In this document: positions 35,001-48,195 of the stretch, one piece after another
Position numbering within the stretch: the first letter of the stretch is position 1
Layout: each line of letters opens with the position of its first letter
Origin: Chlorokybus atmophyticus
Lineage: Eukaryota; Plantae; Mesostigma and Chlorokybus algae
Direction: 5' to 3'
Length of the DNA: 64,000 nt
Assembly: GCA_009103225.1 (NCBI GenBank)
Contig: RHPI01003389.1
Span: forward strand, 248,001-312,000
Notes under the pieces: model-generated
The model's database searches: none
What the model was told of the DNA's origin: nothing
What the model saw: only the letters and a program-made list of their open reading frames with translations
Program-made: the position numbers and the translations under genes

Positions 35001-38000
35001 TCAGTGGCAATGCTGGGAGGTGGGGGTGGAACAGGGGGAAGTGGCTGTGTGCCAAGGTTTTCAAAAAAGGATTCGCCGTCATCATTAACTCCTCCAACTA
35101 AGGCAACAAAACTGGCTGTTGGTTGCGATAGACGTGACTGACAAGAGCAAAACCAAACATCATCTGAAACCCTTACCTGCAGGTGAGTCGCTCACTGAAA
35201 CTTGCGCCACCTTGTCTGTGAGTTGCTCGGTTGCATCGGTGAGCCCGTTCTCGACGGTGGCCACAGGGGCATCCGCAAAGTCCAAATGCGCAAGCAACTG
35301 CCGTCGCGCATCTGGCTCATACAATATCCGCAAGAAGGCCCAGGTCTGCTTGTCTTCAGGGTCACTGGAAACGCATGTTGCTTGAGTGGCAACCAATGCA
35401 ACAACTCATGGCAACTGAGTCACGCATGCAACGCTCGCAAGCTGCTGGCATCAGTACTGTATGCAGGGCGCAAAACTTTAGGACGTACCTGGAGTTCACT
35501 GCCTTGCTCTCGCAGAAAGTGCGGATGCTGTCACGGTGAGCGCTGCCAACTGCAACCTCAAAACTGTCTGAACGCCCTACCAAACCCTCTTCCGTAACAA
35601 CTGAGTGTATGTGCACCTGTGATATTAAAGTAAGATAAAAGAGGCTAAAGCTCTGCACGGCTAGTGTTGCCTGCGGCCTGTTCTGCGTTGAAGATAAGCT
35701 GTGGCATACCTCAGACTTGTCACTGGTATCTGCCTTAGCTTGGAATGTCACGAGCTTGGAGCCAAAACCAAAGCTGGCACCGATAGGTCTTCTCAACCAT
35801 GTAGGTGCGCGCTTCATTGCTGCAACACCAAGACAGCTTACACCCATGTCCCCTTACTGAGTCCTGCCAATAAGCACTTGCAATACCTGTGCTTGTAACA
35901 GAGGTCTCTGTCACCGTCCGAAAATCTGCTGTGATGCTGTCTGTCGCAGTTGTTGAAAGCTTGCTCAAGTCCTGAAAGCGCATGCGCACATTGGTTACAC
36001 GTCTTCTTGGCATGCACCTAATAGGGGCTTGTTGCGAAGACCTTGACTAAACACAGTCACAGTGAAGCAGTAGGCAAGGCATCAGTACCGCCAGCTCCTC
36101 TTACTTGCAGGTTGTGCAACGTCACATTCGAATCAAATGATGAAGTTGAAAAGATGCCCGGCGTCCGTGGCGCCCATTGAACGTCAAAATTCCAATTCTC
36201 GCTTGGAGGCAACTCGCAAAGCACCTGAGCAGTATCCCAGTACGTTTTTTAACAGGCATGCTTTGTTCAAAACCCGGTACCATGCATTTATTGGCAATGT
36301 CAAAATTACCTCTCCAGAATGTGTGTCCCAGCACAACGTACGATTATCCTTTGCACAGGTCAGTAGCAGTGCACTATCGCTTGGACACCATGCCATGGCC
36401 AAAACACCTGTGATGACCAGCATGAGAACTGTGTTGTGGTTGGGGTGAGCTAGCCTGCTCACCATACCGCTTATGCAGTTGCCAAAACTAGCACCAAGTT
36501 GACGTGCTAGAAGGCACATGGGGTTCACATACAACACCAGCTGCAACTTGCACATTACCTTTGGAGTGCTCTGTCAACTCTCGCAGCGGCGATATTGAAT
36601 TGCGCAGATCCCAAACCTGGCATTGCCAGGTTAGGAATCCACAGCACCAGTGTAAGAGGGACAATCAGACTACGGCACAACTAACATAAAATACCTGTAA
36701 TGATGGTGATCGATCATCGTCTGAAGCAACAATCAACTGGGTAGGAACATCAGGATTCCATTGCAACGCAGAACATCGCCGCCTCATCGATGGGTCCACA
36801 AAACTGCAAGCATGCCACGAATGTTGATGCTCCTCACCCATCACGTGACAGGGGAGGCGCAAACTGATAACACTAGCATGGCTGTGCCCCCCCGCTCCAC
36901 ATGCAACTACTCCACAGGCCAGTACCTGATGACCGGCTTCTGACGCTTCAAGTCCCAAATGACAGTGTTGCCATTGATGGATGTTGACGCCAAGATGTGT
37001 TGCACTTTCCTGTTCCAAGATAGGTGTGATATTTCCCCTTGTGACCCCTGTGATGACCCTCCCTGCGGAACAAGGCTTCAACAAAAGCAATAACTACGAT
37101 GACATGCAGGACAGCAGTGTTCATGTGTTATTGTGGTGTGTGGACTGTACAACAAACCGGTGGACTGATTGCTTGCCTTCAATGCGGGGTACATGGATGG
37201 TGCTGCTGGGTCAGTCAAGTCCCAAATGCAGAGCTCTCCATCTTGCGCGCCTGTTGCCAGCAAGTTGGGGCTGAAGGTGTTAAACTCCAGTCCTTTCACC
37301 TAATAACCAGCAGCTACAGTCAATGCGCAAGCACAAACAACTATTACTGCATCACGAGTGACTTGAGATCGTCTGCCAACTGGTGGCACACAATGCCGTA
37401 CCGCTCCTGAGTGCTTTTGCAGCTTGGCGACCAACGTACCAGTTGCAGCTTCCCCACTAGCAATGCAATGGCGACGTGTCAGTACTGACAGCCGTACATG
37501 CACGCATGCAACGCTGCCCGTGCTAGCGTTAGTAAGGCAGAACTTATAGCCAACAATATCACGTCAGCAGAAGGTCTGCAATACAGTTGCACGCGTCACA
37601 TTGCCACTTGAATTCAATGACTTGATGATAAAGCGATGCACAGCGGCATGAGTATGCCATATTGTAATTGTGGCTGAATGCATGCTGCAACTGCACTTCA
37701 TGCATGCTTACGAGGCACCAGCCAAGGAAACCACCTCAGCATCTTCTCTGGGTTCCACACGCACACCATGCCGTCGGCAAGGCCGCCAGCGAGCAAACCC
37801 GACACGCCCCAGGAGAGCCTGTGGAACTTCTCCTCAGCTGTGAGGGGCTGTCCAATGAGCGGCATATCCGTCTCAGGCTGTGTGAGGTCCAGGCCGAAGA
37901 TCTCCACGCAGGCGGTAGTGGAGAACGACAGGTCGATGGCCCCTGCCATCGTCCCTGTGGCCATGTAAGGCCCCGAGGGCGCAAAGGCCACCGTGGCCGA

Positions 38001-38024
38001 CCTGGCCACCTGTTTCACCGTCAT
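32015..38024 (-). CDS. SEC31: COPII outer coat protein SEC31; multi-exon
   Basis: N-terminus [35 protein letters not shown]40 motifs ([45 protein letters not shown]), ACE1 region ([24 protein letters not shown]), Pro/Gln-rich linker, C-terminal [12 protein letters not shown] and ALDAGDF...DWDEC. Confidence 0.96.
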
Positions 38025-38895
38025 CCTGGCCGACCTTGCCGCGCACAGGCTCCTCGGCCAACAACCCTAAACCGCAAGCAGGGGTGGCAAAGCTCAAACG
38101 TAGGGGCCCAGCATGCACCAGCCTTAATGCTGCAACTATACTCTCAGCAACACGTCAGTGCTTATCATCCAAACGACTCAAGCATGCCCTCGCGCCCGCC
38201 GCCCTCGCCGTCGCCGCCGGCAACGCCGGGCATGCCGCAAACCAGGGCGGCAAAAGCTGATTGCAACGACCGCGCAGTTGATATCAATGCTTTTAGCACG
38301 TTTAGCCTCGATGTCAAGCTGACCGTAAGCCCTAATCTCAACCAATGCTTTGCAAAACTAGCACTACGGAGTAAATTGTTTCACCACGTAGGCAACGCCG
38401 GCGGCGGTGGCTGTGGCGGCGGCGGCGGCGGCGACGAGAAGGGTGTGAGGAGCTTGTCATGTGCTGGTCTGGTTGAAGGGAGACACGTGCTTGCCGCTGA
38501 AGAACAAGCAAGCGTAAGGTTCGGTTGCACCACAGCGCACGCAACTTTGAGCATGGAGCAAGTTTCAGCTTGTGGTATAAGGTGGCGGTGGCTGTCTTGG
38601 AGCCGGTTTATGGCGGCAATTCACATGCACGAGGGTCTTTTGATAGAGGCATAGCCTAGCATCACACAGCTGACGAACTGACATCTACACATTGCAAGCT
38701 GTGGCGTGCTGCGCTGCTTGGCATGCAGCCGAGTTAAGCTACTCACGCACAGTGAACGGACCAATGGATGACGGTTGTTTGTATGGAAAGACACACGCAT
38801 GTATAGCATAGGCTGCTTGGCAGCATTCACAGCCGTCGTTGCCTGCGCAGGCTGGCTGTTCTGCTGCTGTGCCAAAATTTGCGACAGTTCCGGCA

Positions 38896-40687
38896 ATGAG
38901 CTGCCCGGTTTCTCATAAGACAGTGGCGAATGGCCCACAAACCACGCCACAGGTATGTCACGGGCATACGCTCCGCTTTATGGCTGCGCTTTGAAATCAA
39001 GGTTCGGGCATCGGCTAAGGTCCTTTAAACAGATGGACCTGTAACGAGATTCATGGCCTTGCGCAGGAGCCAAACGACACGTTGGCGAAAGCGGCAGCAG
39101 CAGGATGTCCCTTTGCAGCCAAACAACTGGCGGACAGCAAAACAACCGAGCGTTTGGTCCCCGCGTCCGAGCCTTCCGTGCAGGCCGAGATGGCTTCATC
39201 TGGCGTTGCTCGCTGCCCGTTCGGTTACGACCAGTTGAAAGGACCAGCTATTGGACCGATGAGTTGTGTGGTACGTTGATCGTGCTTGCGTGGACTTCCC
39301 TTCACTTCATGCTATTGCGTGCTGTGTGTGCTAGTTTGTCATGCGCCAGTGTGTGGCAGATCTGCAAGGCGATGCTGTTTGATGCAGTGAGGATCAAGGC
39401 TTGCCAGCACATCTACTGCCGAGCGTGTATAGAGCCAGCGAACCTCTGCCCAATCTGTGCTGTCGACATCGACAGCCTTGAGCCGGATGCAGACATGAAC
39501 AACCTTGTCGATGAGTTTGTAGCTGGCCATGCACGCGCGGTGCGCTTAGCTTCTGACAGCGCGGCAAGCACCAGCCAAAAGGCTGAGTGGCCACAAACAC
39601 AGATGGCGCGCGTGTCGGTGCTCATGCAGGATGCCATGAAGGTCTGTGACAGTCGAATAAAGCATGCATTGTGTGGCTGTGCTTGTTGTCCAGTTTGTGC
39701 TTGAACTGAGCTATGCATTTCCCGCCAGGCATACTCGGGACGCAACCTACCAGCAGCACTTCAGCGGTTATCCTTGTGCAAAGACGACCTTACCATGATC
39801 TTGCGCGAACAGCCTTCCTCTGATGTCGTTGAGCGACTGGGTGCTGTAATCGGCACCATGGGAGATGTTTGCAGGTTGATGAACGATCTGGACAGCGCAC
39901 GCAAGTTGTACGAAGAAAGCATACACATTGTGCGAGAGCTTAATCGCGAGGAGAGAGAGGTAATCAAGGGTTGGTGCATTGGTACCTTAGTCCATTCTGA
40001 CTGAGGTTTTGATATATTGCATTGGTGCACAGGTCAGTCAAGTTCAGTGCGTCACCATCAACAAGCTTGGCGACTTGGAGTATGGAGCTGATAACTTGGA
40101 GGGTGCCCGCAGGTGTGCTTGGCTGCAGTTCAGCGTGTGTGATGAGATGTAACATCACAGAGCTGCTGTACATTGTGAACATCGTGTGCATAGTGATATG
40201 GTCCTGTTGGTTGTGATTGCTGTTGTTGGGATGGTGGATTAGGTGGTATCTGGAGGCGTTGGAGATTCGTTCTGCGCAGCATGCCAAATGGCGGGATGCC
40301 ATGTCTGCCGTCGACCTGGCGGTCTCCTTGGCAAAGGTTGCAGATATTGAAGCCAGTGCAGGCCATGAAGCTGATGCGCGACCCCGATTTGAGGAAGCCT
40401 TAGGGGTGGTTGAGTCAATACCTGAAGCCGATACCGACAGTCAACTCCAGCGCGTGGCACATGCACGGGTAAATATCGATTTGTATGCTGTGTTGTCTTT
40501 TACAACAAGTGCATTCGGTTTGCGTATGTGTATGGAGAGCTGCATCTTTACGTGTGCCCTGCGCAAATCTCCATGGCTGTTAAGATATGCTCTGATAAAT
40601 TGCGCAGCTGACAGTGTGTGTATGGTTTTGCAGAAGGCACAGGTGGTGCAGTTTATCAAGGACAGGTTAAGGAACTCGACAACTTGA
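38896..40687 (+). CDS. NCA1: NO CATALASE ACTIVITY 1-like RING and TPR catalase chaperone; multi-exon
   Basis: CPFGYD...GPMSCV|ICKAMLFD...CQHIYCRAC...CPIC (C3HC4 RING), FVAGHAR, LGAVIGTMGD, INKLGDL, DLAVSLAKVADI. Start at 38896 (MSCPVSHK) is tentative. Confidence 0.92.
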
Positions 40688-40893
40688 AGTTGGCAATCGC
40701 CTTGCACCGGCTATGCAGTCAGGCCTGGTGCGATTACTAGCCCTGTGTGATATCCATGTTGACTTTCATACAACTGAAGGAGTGCTCCCTCAATAGAGCT
40801 GGGTGCTGCGTGTTGCATGATTGCTTCACAGAGACGGTTCCCCAAGCTCGTGAACACTGTGGTCCATTGATGACAAACTGGCACGTAGCCGTA

Positions 40894-40938
40894 CATGATG
40901 TAGGTGCACATGATGTAGGTGTCCATGATGTAGGTGCC
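40894..40938. repeat. Three tandem 15-bp units catgatgtaggtg(ca/tc/cc)
   Basis: Read directly from the sequence. Confidence 0.9.
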
Positions 40939-41943
40939 ACACTGGCGTTCATCAATCATATCAAATCAATAATACGCATTCACCCATTGATGCTACCCGA
41001 GGTGTTGTCTGTCAAAGTGGTATTTGTAGTAGCTGAGGATGAGAGGGAGGGAGGGAGGGAGGGAGGGAGGGAGGGAGAGACAGAGAGGCCATGAAGTCTG
41101 CATGCAATCTGCATTGTGACAGCAAGTAGACGTCCACCGTTCCCCCCTCCAAAGTAGCCCTCCATTGCTCCCATCCTCAAACGCCACATGCTCATTGTGG
41201 TCGTAGTTGTTAATGTCATACCCACAATTGTCACAATCACTCCTTTTTATGCTCTCCTCTCCTGCAGGTACAGCATGCCGCTGCCCTGCCTGCCTTGCAC
41301 TTGCACGCACATAGGCACCAGCCCCCCGTAGCCGGAGTTAGCCTAGCTGAGCTGAACTGGTTAAAGTGTGTGTATACAGGTTCAAGACACTATTCGACAC
41401 ATGGCATTGATGACTTCGACACGTTCACCATGTACAACATTCACATGCATTGACACATGGTCTGAGAGGTCATTGTTGACTTGTCCTGATTCTCGTTCAT
41501 TACTGTACAAAGTGTGCAATGCCGTGCATGTGTGCTGCTTGTATGGCCTTTTATTTTGCCCTATGCTCAACACACGCAGTTGCAAACAAACATGTCGACA
41601 ACCTCTCTAGTAACAGCACCACCGCCGTTGTTGCTACCGCTGATGCCAATCAGGTGCCTAACAGAAAATTGACACTAGGGGAGCGCTAACAATACCAGCA
41701 GCAATAGAGGGACATGTAAAGAGTTTTGGGTGATGCCGCACACATCTAACGCTGCAATGATATTGCAATAGCGTGCATATGACTTCACATATTCGTGACT
41801 GCTCTCTTACCACTATAACACCCTCACGGCGCTAGTGATTGTCTGCTTCCGGCCAGAAGATAGCGCTACCTCACATGCGTAACTGCCTTTATATTGCATA
41901 GAGAATACTCACTTACCAATTGCAACTCAACTAGTCGGTCAAA

Positions 41944-42934
41944 TTATGACTCTGGAGGGAGTGCTGTAGTGGGCGGCCTTGTATCCTTCAGTGCCACGTT
42001 TGAAGGCGTGTCCAATATGGACTCCCCTGCAAACAAGCCACAAACGTGAATACTGCTTGTAACACCTTGACCTCAACTTGCAAAGACAGGACAACAATGT
42101 TCAAAGTGTTATCAACGCAAGTTCTGCCGGCGTGCTGCGCGACAAGCAAATGCCACACAGCATGAATCAACGAGGGTGCATGCAAAAACGATCAAACTGA
42201 CCTGCTGGCTTCTGTCTGTCCAGTTCCCGCCTTTGCTTCAGAATCTCCGGCCTGGGAATGACCTCGCCGGACGCATTTGCACCTCGAGTGAACCGCACCT
42301 TCGTGCCATCATCCAAGAACTTGTAGCCAACGCGAACCGGCGAGCTGCAGGCCAACTTGGTTACTGCAGAGATACCAGCAGCACTGTACATGCTAGTGCT
42401 GTACAATACCTATTTCACTGTATAATGACTGTATCTACCCAAACAGCGTAGATGACGTTTCAAGGCAGTATAATAACTACTGCTGCTGCAGTCAACAACA
42501 AGGCAAACTTTCCTCAACCTTGCCTCGCCTTTATTAATATGATTCTCTGTTGAGCTTCAAAAAAACAAAAAAAAAACAAGGCAAAAAGTATGAACTTCTT
42601 GTTTGTGTCGTATTAGTCTTCACACCATGTATGTTGTTGAGTGGTACATCAACTCAATGCAGCTTGACGTTGACACGATCGTTGCTCGCTTACTTTGTGA
42701 CAGGGTCAAGGAGCTGAACGTTGGAGTAATGCACTCCCTTCTCAACCGACACCGTCGTGCTGTTGCCGTCAGCTGTGCGAACGTACCTCCGCACCTGTTA
42801 TGTCAAGACGCAAGTCACGACAATCAAACGCAATCACAACGTGCGGGGCCTTTGGTTACACGGCATTTGGCACATTAAGTCGGATGAACGATGTGTGCAG
42901 CTAGTCAGATGTGGAACTCACACTTTGCTCACAG

Positions 42935-42965
<31 letters not shown>

Positions 42966-43371
42966 AACCTGCCTTAACGTGAGCAAATGCATACGCACGG
43001 ACATACACGTACATCTCAAGACACGCATACCTACGCGCACGTACATATATGCATACGCGTACATGTGCCCATTCACATGCGTGCAAGTTCACTTGCTGAC
43101 ACATGTGTGTTGTGGTATTACAACACACATGTGTGTGTGCGTGTTTGCTACTTGGTGTATAGTTCACGTGTACACGCAACCCAAAACGCACCAGGTTGCG
43201 GCCCTCAACGACGACCTTATTCTCCGACCGCTTGACCTCCCTGACGACCCCCGTGAGTCCCTTGTCCTTGCCGGCGTTGATGTACACCTTGTCGCCCCGA
43301 AGCACCTTCCAGTGCTTGATCAATTCCGCAGCCACCTTCTTCGCCTTGCTGCCCGCGACCTTGCTCGCCAT
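41944..43371 (-). CDS. RPL24: Organellar (likely mitochondrial) ribosomal protein uL24; 4 exons
   Basis: WKVLRGDKVYINAGKDKG (KOW motif), NKVVVEGRNL | VRR...HYSNVQLLDP | PVRVGYKFLDDGTKVR...GEVIPRP. Confidence 0.92.
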
Positions 43372-43906
43372 GCAGAAAAACAAGGGTGTAGCCCCGCCGC
43401 CCCCGGGCGACGATGCGCGCAGAGCGCCTGCCGCCGCCGCCTACGCCTACGCCTGCGCCGCCGTCTCCACAGAGGGTTTGTCGTGGGTGTGGTTGGCAGT
43501 GTTGACGCTATCGCCTTGCTTGTTGGCGGCGGCGGCAGTGGCTGTGTTAGGGTTAGCGTTGAGGTGTAAGGTGCTGCTGCTGCTGGACTTTGCAGCAATG
43601 CGTTGCTGCCAGTTGAGCTTAAGATCAAGCCTTGGCTTGTGGTGAAGCCTGCAGAGAAGCCCGAAGCAGACGCAGCCTGATAGCAAGTATGCATGCTCTC
43701 ACAGTGTGTCTGTTGCGTTTTGTGTGCATGATCACAACTTGACAATCAGTGTTGTATATGTTGCCAGTGCTATAAACGGGAACGGAGCGACTGATGTTTA
43801 TCGGTCGGTGACAAGCAAAGGCTTGCCATGCTTCGATGAAACGAAAGCTGTGTCACAGGAAACAATGCAGGCGTGAAGCGCAATGCCCACTCTGCTGATG
43901 ACATCG

Positions 43907-43915
43907 AAACCCTAA
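43907..43915 (+). promoter_or_regulatory. Telo-box AAACCCTAA in the uL24/J-protein divergent region
   Basis: Exact match. A second TTAGGGTTAG is at 43547-43556. Confidence 0.55.
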
Positions 43916-44057
43916 GCTTGTGTGGGGGTGAGTTGAATCGCCAGGCAGCAATGACAGTAGCAGATACCCACAACAAGATGGCTATTGCAGTCCAGCAAGC
44001 CAACCAACGCCTAATAAAACGCACTCGTGTGATGCTAGATTGAATGCTTGCATGCAG

Positions 44058-47000
44058 ATGTGGTGGCTGTCGCTGTTGCCGCGCAACCCTCGCGTGTCTG
44101 GTCGCGTTGTTGCACGATGGACACGCGCATTCGCTTCCGCGCCGAGGTCTCCCGTCGCTGTCCCCTTTGCTTTGAGCGCCGACGATGCCCTTCGAGCCAT
44201 GCAAAGATGGCAGGTATGCTGCGAGTGATTGTGCTCATGCGCATAGGCAAATGCTTATGAGCACACTTATGCATTCGAGTGCGTGTGTGCGCATGCGCAA
44301 ACGCACACCCACACACCCACACTGTGTTCGCGCATGCACATCAACACATGTGTGTGCACATGCTTGGCGCGCACGTCGGCACAAACATGCACGAACACAT
44401 GCACCTGATGTGGTGCAGGAGTCCAGGTTGCTGGCGCCAGCAGGCATGTGGCAGCAAGCCGGGCGTGTGAAGGTGCGCGCGGCATACCAGCCATTCTGGG
44501 CGTTTGACGCAACAGGTGAGTAGTTGTGTTGTGCTGTGCTCTATGAACATTGATTTGTTGGACCTTTTGCAATGACGTTGTTGGCGCTTTTGTTGTTGCT
44601 GCGCAGTACAGTCGCAATTCACCGGCGATGTTGGGTTCGACTATTGGACGACAAGAGGCTCTGGCAAAGACCGACAACAGGTAGGAGTCGCTCTCTCTTT
44701 TACACATGCGCACACTCACACACGCACACACTTACACACGCGCATGTGCGCATGCGCATGCACGCACCTTCACCAGTGCATGCGTGTCAGCACACATCTA
44801 AGCTTTCTTGTTTTATATTGTACTGTATGATGTAGAGTTGTGGCTGTAAGGTACTGTAGCAAGTGCACGTTTCCTGTCTCCTGTCCATGTGTCTATGCAC
44901 ACATACTGCCAGCGCGCACAAGCCATGCTACCACCTATCATCGTGTGTTTCAGGTGCTGGAGACAACGTGGCGACGCCTAACATTTTGGCACGATCGCGT
45001 GGCCTCATACTCAGCGCACGATCCGCGCATGCAGGTGAGTGTCTTGGATGCATGTTGGGTGGGTACATGCATTGTATCTTATGTTGGTAAGTAATGCAAG
45101 TGTCCTTTGTTGCAGGCATATGCTTCCTACCGCTACCCGCGTGCGTACATTGAGAAGGCTCTCAGTGGACTGGACATTGAGCTGGCTAGGCCCTTGACGT
45201 CCGAAATGCTGCGGGTGCACATCTCACACAATCACAGTTAGGATCTGAACTATACAACTACAACCTACTAAGTAAAGTCCTCAAACAACATCCATTCGAT
45301 CGTTTCATGTTTCGTGTCCCATTGCACATCGCACAGTACACACATGGCATCATCTGTGCTGTCATGCAACGACACACTCGGGGCTTACACCCCTTTTTTG
45401 AACTTGCAAGGTCTTTGAAGAGTCATATAATCCGGAAGCTACACCCCAATCCCAACCTCAACCTTGTGTGGTTGCAACCGTACGCAGGTACCTGGCGTTG
45501 ATGTGGTTGAGATGGAGTCGTTCACGGTGCGACGGGACCTCGCGTGGGGCATGGCGCTACGCCGGCTTCGGTCCGCTGAAACGCGCGCAGCGGAGCAAGT
45601 CCTCAAACAAACGTATCACGCGGACAGGGTGAGACTGTCATTCACACGCCGTTGATGGTTTGTCAAGCATCATGTTGTGATGTTGATATTGTTGTTTTTT
45701 GTTTGCAGGTGCGTAATCTGCAGATACACATAGCTCTGGCGGCTCCAGGTTTCCGCCCCGTGCCGGTCTACATGCCGTCTTTCGTCCTTGAGTACTCGTA
45801 TCTCGGCAGCGACTTTGTGGCCATCGTCAATGGCGTGGACGGCCGTGTCGGCGGTGAAAGCCACTACTCCCCTTCCAAGGTGAGACCCCCCAACCATGCA
45901 TAGGTACTCATGTTGCACATGATACGATACTACCAACAACAGCGACAATGGTAATAGCAACAACCTTGACAACAACAACAACAACTACTGCAACAACTCT
46001 AGCGGCAGCGACAACGACGACATCATCAGCAGCAGCACCACCACCAATAACAACAACACCACCAACACCAACACCAACACCAACACCAACACCAACACCA
46101 CCTTACAGGTTGGTCTTGGGGCTGGTTTTGCCATCGCAGCGGTGGGCGCGTTAGATCGTTTGTTCGGCGCGGGTCATCTGGCGCGCGACATCCTCCAGCA
46201 CTGGACGTCGATGCTGTTCCTGCCGTCCCTTCTCGCGGCGCTCGCGGCGTACGCGTTCCCGCGCGTCGTCGGGTACGTGCGCTCGCTGCAGCAGGCGTGG
46301 GAACAGGCGGAGTTCGGGGGGTCGGAGTTTGAAGCGCAGGCGGATGCATACACAAGGTGCGAATGTGACTAGTTGCGATCTCAGAGATATGTGTGTGCGC
46401 GCGCGCGCGCGCGTGCGTGTATGTGCGAGCGTATGTGAATGCATGCATTGGTTTGCACGCATGTGTATCTTGTCTTGTGTGTTCAGCCATGAGGTCCTCC
46501 ACCTGCTTGACTGTTTGTTGTGCATGTGACAACTGCTTCATTGCACTCGTGCAGACAGTATGATGACTGGCGGGAGCGGCATCAGCGCTTTGAGGAGCAG
46601 CGGCAACAGCAGCAGCAGCAGCAGTATCAGCACCAGTACAGGCGAGTGCAGCGCTTGGACTCTGCTTGAGTGTGCAACAACGTGACTGAAGTGGCCACTG
46701 ATGGATTGTTCATATTGTTGTGCGCTGCAGGAGTTATGCCGGAAGGATGAAACAAACAAGCGATCCAGAAGGATACTACAAGGTAAAGCTTACTACCTTA
46801 CAATGCTGTAGTTATGATTCGCTAATGCATTGTTCACTGTCCATGCAACACAAAATACCGCGTCCGAGTTGAATCCACATCATTCTTTTGTGTGCAATAG
46901 CTGCTTGGTCTCAAAACCGACGCTACCGAGGACGAAGTCAAAGCCGCATTTAGACGTGAGGCCTTGAGGTGGCACCCCGACAGGCAATCCTCAGACAAGG

Positions 47001-47192
47001 ACAAGGCCGTGGCGGAAGAGAAGTTCAAGGCGATCTCGCGCGCTTACCAGGTGGCCTTGCCGCTCATGTTCTTCACGCAACACCGGCTTCATCACACAAC
47101 AGTGTTGCTGAGGTTATTTTGCCAATTTGCAATGCATACAGGTGCTACGGAGTCCTCAAAAGCGAGCCGAGTACGATGCTTCGTTCAAATGA
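44058..47192 (+). CDS. Type III J-protein: unknown N-terminal domain, hydrophobic segments and a C-terminal J-domain; about 12 exons
   Basis: DPEGYYK|LLGLKTDATEDEVKAAFRREALRWHPD...AEEKFKAISRAYQ|VLRSPQKRAEYD. Upstream exons include AYQPFWAFDA and YSYLGSDFVAIVNGVDGRVGGESHYSPSK. The start is tentative. Confidence 0.85.
45961..46103. repeat. Intronic (ACA)n/(CCAACA)n low-complexity tract
   Basis: Read directly; lies between the donor at ~45880 and the acceptor at ~46108. Confidence 0.85.
46642..46730 (+). other. GC-AG intron in the J-protein gene
   Basis: AG|gcgagt...ctgcag|G is required to keep the frame into DPEGYYK. The GT at 46646 gives the wrong phase, and the later GT lies beyond an in-frame TGA. 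Confidence 0.85.
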
Positions 47193-48195
47193 ATATCGGC
47201 GCCATGAAGATTGCTCAGCGTGATCAGCCAGAGGACACAAGCCAGTGCAATGAGCTGAAGCAGCAGTCGCAACAGGGCTGGGTTGCGCAATGCACTGGTT
47301 GGCAGGAAACAGCACAAGTCTGCAAGCTGGCGTCCTCTGTTGTGTTGCTACTTTGGCAAACTCAGCAGGTGTCACTGCTGTGGCTGGCTTTCCACAATGA
47401 AGATATTGTTGCACACAGATCTCGCAACAGCATTCCAATCAAGAGAACAATGAAAGATGGCACTTTTGATCTAATAGCTGCTGGTTGGGCGGCGTATGCA
47501 CTCATTGCAGTTTTGATACACCAGTTGCAGGCCAGCTACTCCGCCAGGTCGTTGCAGAACACTCAACCAGTTACACGCACCCTTGGTGGCTGCAAGCGTG
47601 CTCAGTTTGCTGCGCAGACAGCACAAGAGTCTAATGTGGTTTTGTGTCTGGCTACCCAATGGCTGCACAAGCACATCCAAGATAAACTACGACTTGTGCA
47701 TATGCAATGCATAACCATGCTTGCAAACTTGCACATGCTCGCCACACTACCATCAGCAACCAACACAAGGCACGTTAGGTATGGAGGCATAGACGGCAGC
47801 GACATGGATGACTACGAATGCACGGCAACGTAGACGACAACAACAGCATGCAGGATTGGCCCAAACCCCAGCTTGCTACAAGACGAACCTTCAATACAGG
47901 ACTCCAACTCGCACACCCGCACTCACCTGAGTGGACACCGCCATGCAGCCACGAGTGCATGCCGTAGTGTCCAAGTGCAATGTGGAGTGCTTTATTAGTC
48001 TCTAAGTGGCAACGCTTACATTGAATGCGCATGCACTTGAGACCACAACTTGAAGGCCAAGCGAGCTGCTGGTGTCCACCGTTTTCACAAGAACAGTTGG
48101 TGCTGTGCTTACGAGCTTGAAAACACAGCACCGCTTGTTTGCAAGAAGCCTGTCACCTAACAACATATGTACACGCATATCTGAGGCTAGTTTGG

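Noticed and set aside
37668-38654. 328-aa plus-strand ORF
   Set aside because: It is antisense to SEC31 exon 1 and the GCC-rich promoter, with no recognisable domain.
40894-40938. Short direct repeats here and at 16501-16559 considered as a CRISPR array
   Set aside because: The repeats are contiguous with no spacers, the context is eukaryotic, and there are no cas genes.
42757-43569. 270-aa plus-strand ORF, and a 390-aa plus-strand ORF at 56700-57872
   Set aside because: They are antisense to uL24 and LamG-GT2 exons plus low-complexity (CA)n introns.
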